IMG/VR virus record: IMGVR_UViG_2529293142_000034
Span: 1 to 10,888 of that record
Length of the DNA: 10,888 nucleotides
Direction: 5' to 3' (one strand)
From: a virus
Lineage: Duplodnaviria > Heunggongvirae > Uroviricota > Caudoviricetes
Position numbers and translations under genes: made by a program. This document shows positions 6,761 through 10,888 of this stretch, one piece after another (position 1 is the first letter of the stretch; every line of letters starts with the position of its first letter). The notes under the pieces were generated by a model that had not been told where the DNA came from, made no database searches, and saw only the letters and a program-made list of their open reading frames with translations.

Positions 6761-7158
6761 TGATGCCCGCTCTGCAAAAAGTCCCTTTTTCTGGCTTGCC
6801 TTTTTCCGGCATTTGCGGATATAGTTTTTCTGCTGCCGCAAAATCGGCAGCCGGGCGTGGAAACCCGAGCAATTCACAGGCGGCATATGACGCGCCATGC
6901 GTCTTTTTTTGTGTCGCAATCAACGCCACAGAGCGCCAGATTATGGTGTGGTGTGTGGTCAGTCGTGCAGATGGCATTCCGTGCATCCTGCCCGCGTCCG
7001 CTCATTATGCCGCAGAGTCAATGGTAGCTCAGGCGGGGCAGCCTCCGGGCTGGCCGGTATCCTGTGAAGCCGGTATTTCCACCCCCGTCTGGGCTATCGC
7101 CATCGAGCGTGGAAACTCCGGCGATAGCGTTATTTGCTATTCACAGGAGGCTGCCATC

Positions 7159-7356
7159 ATGGCTACAACCCTCACCCCCTCACACCCTGAATTTGTCTTT
7201 GTGTTTGCGGCTGTCCGTCGCGCAGACCGTCATCCCCGTATCTGCATGCTTCGCACCGTCGCCGGTGATGAACGCAGTGCCCGCCGTTCCCTTGTCCGTG
7301 ACTATGTGCTCTCCCTTGCTGCCCGTCTGCCGGTGGTGGAGGTGTCCCGTGCGTAA
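7159..7356 (+). CDS. Small early protein (65 aa), possibly an Icd-like cell-division inhibitor
   Basis: ATG 7159 preceded by AGGAGG at 7145-7150 (8-nt spacer); sequence [65 protein letters not shown]. The stop overlaps the next gene start. The Icd-like label is from weak recall of prophage annotations. The same frame is open upstream to 6757, so the true start could lie further upstream. Confidence 0.4.
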   Translation: MATTLTPSHPEFVFVFAAVRRADRHPRICMLRTVAGDERSARRSLVRDYVLSLAARLPVVEVSRA

Positions 7357-7636
7357 TAAAAAAGCCCCTCAGACCGTCTCAGCGCGTCATGACGCCCGTG
7401 AACACCTCAGCATTGAGGCTTACCATAAGCTCAACCGCGCCAGCGCCGTATCCCAGTTTGTTGGGGGTGATTTGATTCACCGTGAACTCTCCGGCCTGCA
7501 TCAGCTCTACATTCCGCATATTTTCAGCTACCTGAATGAAGATATTGATTTTGTGCTGAATGAGCTGAAAGCCAAAGGCCTGTGCCGCGATTTTCTCGCC
7601 CAGCAGAAAGACCGGGGAGACAGGACGCATGTTTGA
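7349..7636 (+). CDS. Small early protein (95 aa), possibly the epsilon (derepression) homologue
   Basis: GTG 7349 with GGAGG at 7338-7342; no in-frame ATG exists downstream, so the GTG start is required. It overlaps the upstream stop (GTGCGTAA) and the downstream start (ATGTTTGA). The epsilon assignment is by position and size only. Confidence 0.5.
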   Translation: MRNKKAPQTVSARHDAREHLSIEAYHKLNRASAVSQFVGGDLIHRELSGLHQLYIPHIFSYLNEDIDFVLNELKAKGLCRDFLAQQKDRGDRTHV

Positions 7637-8084
7637 TTTTCCCCAGCCCGGTGAGATTTACCGTTCTGCCGGTTTTCCCGATGTGGCCGTGGTCGGCATT
7701 CTGGAAGACGGTATTCCGTGGGAAATGCCGTACCGCTGCCCGGACATTGTCTGGAACCCGTACCGCCGTAAATTCAGTATCCTTGTGCGTATCCTCGCTG
7801 ACGGGCGCACCACAGACATCCCGCTGGGGCGTTTTCTGCGGGAATTTACCTGTGACCGTCCTGACCTGTTTAAACGCAGCCCCGTAAACCGGCATGCGGT
7901 ACTGAAAGAAATGGCCGGAGACCCGGAATTACAGAAATGGCGGGAGAAATATCTGGATATTTACCCGCAGGCCCCTGTTCCGGTCAGCCGGGCGGCACCG
8001 GTGGCGCGGGAATGGCGGGAAATTCCCCGCACGGAGCCTGACCCGGAAATCACCCCGGATAACAGTTACCGCAATTATCTGTAA
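7629..8084 (+). CDS. Conserved early-operon protein, 151 aa (orf151-like)
   Basis: Intact ORF whose ATG overlaps the stop of the preceding gene; its size and position before alpha match the P4 left-operon layout as I recall it. Function unknown. Confidence 0.65.
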   Translation: MFDFPQPGEIYRSAGFPDVAVVGILEDGIPWEMPYRCPDIVWNPYRRKFSILVRILADGRTTDIPLGRFLREFTCDRPDLFKRSPVNRHAVLKEMAGDPELQKWREKYLDIYPQAPVPVSRAAPVAREWREIPRTEPDPEITPDNSYRNYL

Positions 8085-8219
8085 TTAAAAAACGACCCCC
8101 GAAAAATTAAATGTGCGTATTCGCGCAGGGATACGCACGTCTTCAGGAGACGCAGATATGCCTTATCAGTTAATGCAACCGGCACGGAATGCAGTCATCT
8201 GTCACAGGGAGGAAAACAA

Positions 8220-8540
8220 ATGAAAACACCCTTACCGCCCGTCTTACGCGCTGCCCTTTACCGTCGCGCTGTCGCCTGTGCCTGGCTGACCGTGTGCGAA
8301 CGTCAGCACCGCTACCCGCATCTCACCCTTGAGTCACTGGAGGCGGCCATCGCCGCTGAGCTGGAAGGCTTTTATCTGCGCCAGCACGGTGAGGAAAAAG
8401 GGCGTCAGATAGCCTGTGCCCTGCTGGAAGATTTAATGGAATCCGGCCCCCTGAAGGCCGCGCCGTCGCTGTCCTTTCTCGGGCTGGTTGTGATGGATGA
8501 ACTCTGTGCCCGTCACATAAAAGCGCCGGTACTGCACTGA
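8220..8540 (+). CDS. Conserved early-operon protein, 106 aa (orf106-like)
   Basis: Intact ORF with GGGAGG upstream of ATG 8220; it ends 14 bp before the alpha start. Function unknown. Confidence 0.65.
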
Positions 8541-8554
8541 AGGAGAACAACACC

Positions 8555-10888
8555 ATGAAAATGAACGTAACCGCCACCGTCAGCCATGCACTCGGCCACT
8601 GGCCGCGTATCCTCCCGGCGCTGGGGATTCAGGTGCTGAAGAACCGTCATCAGCCCTGTCCGGTCTGTGGCGGGAGTGACCGCTTCCGTTTTGATGACAG
8701 GGAGGGGCGCGGCACCTGGTACTGCAATCAGTGTGGTGCCGGTGACGGCCTGAAACTGGTTGAAAAGGTGTTTGGTGTTTCCCCGTCCGATGCGGCCGCA
8801 AAGGTGGCTGCCGTGACCGGCAGCCTGCCCCCGGCTGACCCGGCAGTGACGGCTGCCGCCGGTGCTGAAACAGACGCTGCCCGGAAGAACGCCGCCGCAC
8901 TGGCACAAACCCTGATGGCGAAAACCCGTCCCGGAACCGGTAACGCCTACCTGACCCGCAAGGGCTTTCCCGGCCGGGAATGCCGGATGCTGACCGGCAC
9001 ACACAGAGCCGGTGGCGTGAGCTGGCGTGCCGGTGACCTTGTGGTGCCACTGTATGACGACAGCGGCGAACTGGTTAACCTTCAGTTAATCAGTGCTGAC
9101 GGCCGTAAGCGCACCCTGAAAGGCGGACAGGTCAGGGGCACCTGTCACACCCTTGAAGGACAGAATCAGGCCGGAAAACGTCTGTGGATAGCGGAGGGAT
9201 ACGCGACCGCACTTACCGTGCATCACCTGACCGGTGAAACGGTGATGGTGGCGCTTTCTTCCGTGAATCTCCTTTCTCTGGCCAGCCTTGCCCGGCAGAA
9301 GCATCCGGCCTGTCAGATTGTCCTTGCTGCTGACCGTGACCTCAGCGGTGACGGCCAGAAAAAAGCCGCCGCAGCCGCAGATGCGTGTGAAGGTGTTGTT
9401 GCCCTGCCGCCGGTCTTCGGTGACTGGAATGATGCCTTCACGCAGTACGGCGGGGAAGCCACCCGTAAGGCCATTTATGATGCCATCCGGCCACCGGCTG
9501 AAAGCCCGTTCGACACCATGAGCGAAGCGGAGTTTTCCGCCATGAGTACCAGCGAAAAGGCCATGCGTATCTATGAGCATTACGGCGAGGCGCTCGCGGT
9601 CGATGCCAACGGCCAGCTTCTGTCCCGCTATGAAAATGGTGTCTGGAAGGTGCTGCCGCCACAGGACTTTGCCCGGGATGTGGCCGGGCTGTTTCAGCGT
9701 CTGCGCGCGCCGTTCTCCTCCGGGAAGGTGGCCTCCGTGGTGGACACCCTGAAGCTGATTATTCCGCAGCAGGAAGCCCCCTCCCGCCGCCTGATTGGCT
9801 TTCGTAACGGCGTGCTCGACACGCAGAACGGCACGTTCCACCCGCACAGTCCGTCACACTGGATGCGCACCCTGTGTGATGTGGATTTCACCCCGCCAGT
9901 GGAAGGGGAAACGCTGGAAACCCACGCCCCCGCGTTCTGGCGCTGGCTTGACCGTGCCGCCGGTGGCCGTGCGGAAAAACGCGACGTGATTCTGGCCGCA
10001 CTGTTTATGGTGCTGGCAAACCGCTACGACTGGCAGCTCTTTCTGGAGGTGACCGGTCCCGGCGGCAGCGGCAAAAGTATCATGGCCGAAATAGCCACCC
10101 TGCTGGCCGGGGAGGATAACGCCACATCGGCCACCATTGAGACGCTGGAATCCCCGCGTGAACGTGCCGCGTTAACTGGCTTCTCACTGATACGCCTGCC
10201 GGACCAGGAAAAATGGAGCGGCGACGGTGCCGGACTCAAGGCCATCACCGGCGGCGATGCGGTGTCCGTTGACCCGAAATACCGGGATGCGTACTCCACG
10301 CACATCCCGGCGGTGATTCTGGCCGTGAACAATAACCCGATGCGCTTCACCGACCGCAGCGGCGGCGTGTCACGCCGGCGGGTGATTATTCACTTCCCTG
10401 AACAGATAGCCCCGCAGGAGCGCGACCCGCAGCTTAAGGACAAAATCACCCGCGAGCTGGCGGTCATCGTGCGTCACCTGATGCAGAAATTCAGCGACCC
10501 GATGCTCGCCCGGTCACTGCTTCAGTCCCAGCAAAACTCAGACGAGGCGCTGAACATCAAACGGGATGCCGACCCGACGTTTGATTTTATCGGCTATCTG
10601 GAAACCCTGCCGCAGACCAGCGGCATGTATATGGGGAACGCCAGTATCATCCCGCGCAATTACCGTAAATACCTCTATCACGCCTATCTGGCCTACATGG
10701 AGGCAAACGGCTACCGGAACGTACTCAGTCTGAAAATGTTCGGGCTGGGGCTGCCGGTGATGCTGAAGGAATACGGACTGAATTACGAGAAGCGCCATAC
10801 CAAACAGGGGATACAGACCAACCTGACGCTGAAAGAGGAAAGCTACGGCGACTGGCTGCCAAAATGTGACGACCCTGCAACAACCTGA
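8555..10888 (+). CDS. alpha: Alpha protein: P4-type primase/helicase (zinc finger + Toprim primase + D5-like NTPase), 777 aa, complete
   Basis: AGGAG 9 nt upstream of ATG 8555. N-terminal zinc-binding motif CPVCGGSDRFRFDD...CNQCG, Toprim-like acidic region (EGYATAL ... LAADRDLSGDG) and Walker A GPGGSGKS at 10055-10078. The 777-aa length equals that of P4 alpha as I recall it. Confidence 0.93.
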   Translation: MKMNVTATVSHALGHWPRILPALGIQVLKNRHQPCPVCGGSDRFRFDDREGRGTWYCNQCGAGDGLKLVEKVFGVSPSDAAAKVAAVTGSLPPADPAVTAAAGAETDAARKNAAALAQTLMAKTRPGTGNAYLTRKGFPGRECRMLTGTHRAGGVSWRAGDLVVPLYDDSGELVNLQLISADGRKRTLKGGQVRGTCHTLEGQNQAGKRLWIAEGYATALTVHHLTGETVMVALSSVNLLSLASLARQKHPACQIVLAADRDLSGDGQKKAAAAADACEGVVALPPVFGDWNDAFTQYGGEATRKAIYDAIRPPAESPFDTMSEAEFSAMSTSEKAMRIYEHYGEALAVDANGQLLSRYENGVWKVLPPQDFARDVAGLFQRLRAPFSSGKVASVVDTLKLIIPQQEAPSRRLIGFRNGVLDTQNGTFHPHSPSHWMRTLCDVDFTPPVEGETLETHAPAFWRWLDRAAGGRAEKRDVILAALFMVLANRYDWQLFLEVTGPGGSGKSIMAEIATLLAGEDNATSATIETLESPRERAALTGFSLIRLPDQEKWSGDGAGLKAITGGDAVSVDPKYRDAYSTHIPAVILAVNNNPMRFTDRSGGVSRRRVIIHFPEQIAPQERDPQLKDKITRELAVIVRHLMQKFSDPMLARSLLQSQQNSDEALNIKRDADPTFDFIGYLETLPQTSGMYMGNASIIPRNYRKYLYHAYLAYMEANGYRNVLSLKMFGLGLPVMLKEYGLNYEKRHTKQGIQTNLTLKEESYGDWLPKCDDPATT

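Larger units (their letters stand above)
1..10888. mobile_element. P4-like phage satellite prophage, near-complete (int, cargo locus, cos, psu-delta-sid, control region, alpA, small early genes, alpha); the left attachment site and the region after alpha lie outside the window
   Basis: Gene order and content read from the sequence: P4-type integrase, the 19-nt P2/P4 cohesive-end sequence, a delta protein with two Ogr-type zinc fingers, Sid and Psu homologues, and a 777-aa zinc-finger/Toprim/Walker-A alpha protein. Assignment rests on recalled knowledge of P4 gene order and protein sizes. Confidence 0.85.

Noticed and set aside
6258-6986. ORFs in the control/alpA region: minus 6258-6623, 6328-6537, 6632-6919, 6705-6986 and plus 6285-6497, 6350-6592
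   Set aside because: They overlap the promoter region or run antisense to alpA. 6350-6592 is only the out-of-frame N-terminal part of the alpA reading (ATG 6491 onward) caused by the homopolymer break.
7064-7895. The full 190-aa plus ORF 7064-7636 and overlapping ORFs 7379-7630 (minus), 7524-7895 (minus), 7582-7887 (plus)
   Set aside because: The upstream 95 codons of 7064-7636 overlap the 7159 gene in another frame and give a Pro/Ser/Leu-rich translation; the GTG 7349 start with its ribosome-binding site explains the conserved part. The others are antisense or out of frame to orf151 and the 95-aa gene.
8323-10798. Minus-strand ORFs inside alpha (8323-8577, 8513-9004, 8580-9050, 9086-9847, 9438-9662, 9694-9891, 10024-10350, 10538-10798) and plus-strand 9288-9521, 9795-9989
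   Set aside because: They lie antisense to or out of frame within the intact 777-aa alpha gene; their translations are Arg/Gly/Pro-rich, typical of spurious frames in GC-rich DNA.
1-10888. tRNA, rRNA or other structured RNA genes
   Set aside because: No stretch with recognisable tRNA cloverleaf features or rRNA-like conservation was seen; the tRNA at which the element is presumably integrated would lie upstream of position 1, outside the window.

Overview
Almost the whole window is a P4-like phage-satellite prophage (P2-helper type), running from the integrase start codon at position 1 to the stop of the alpha primase/helicase gene at 10888. Order: int (1-1263, +) -> an AT-rich cargo locus with one large ABC-ATPase gene on the minus strand (1362-3657) -> P2/P4-type cos site (3881-3899) -> psu, delta, sid on the minus strand (4064-5938) -> divergent control region with paired TGT-N12-ACA sites and phased CTGTTCACC repeats (5960-6300) -> alpA-family regulator, several small early proteins and alpha (8555-10888, +). 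The candidate system is the single-gene cargo between int and cos, the position where P4-like satellites are known to carry variable anti-phage genes. Its product (about 765 aa once joined) has an N-terminal Walker A, a central CPFC motif, a Walker B/D-loop (VVVFDDPISSLD) and a C-terminal domain of about 180 aa, an RloC/PrrC-like layout; family and function are my inference and no search was run. Six apparent frameshifts interrupt the cargo gene (2), psu, sid and alpA (2), every one at a homopolymer run of 5-7 bases. Restoring one base at each gives continuous proteins, with Sid at 244 aa and Psu at 190 aa (the P4 lengths as I recall them), so these are most likely sequencing errors rather than real pseudogenes. 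No tRNA, rRNA or CRISPR array was seen.
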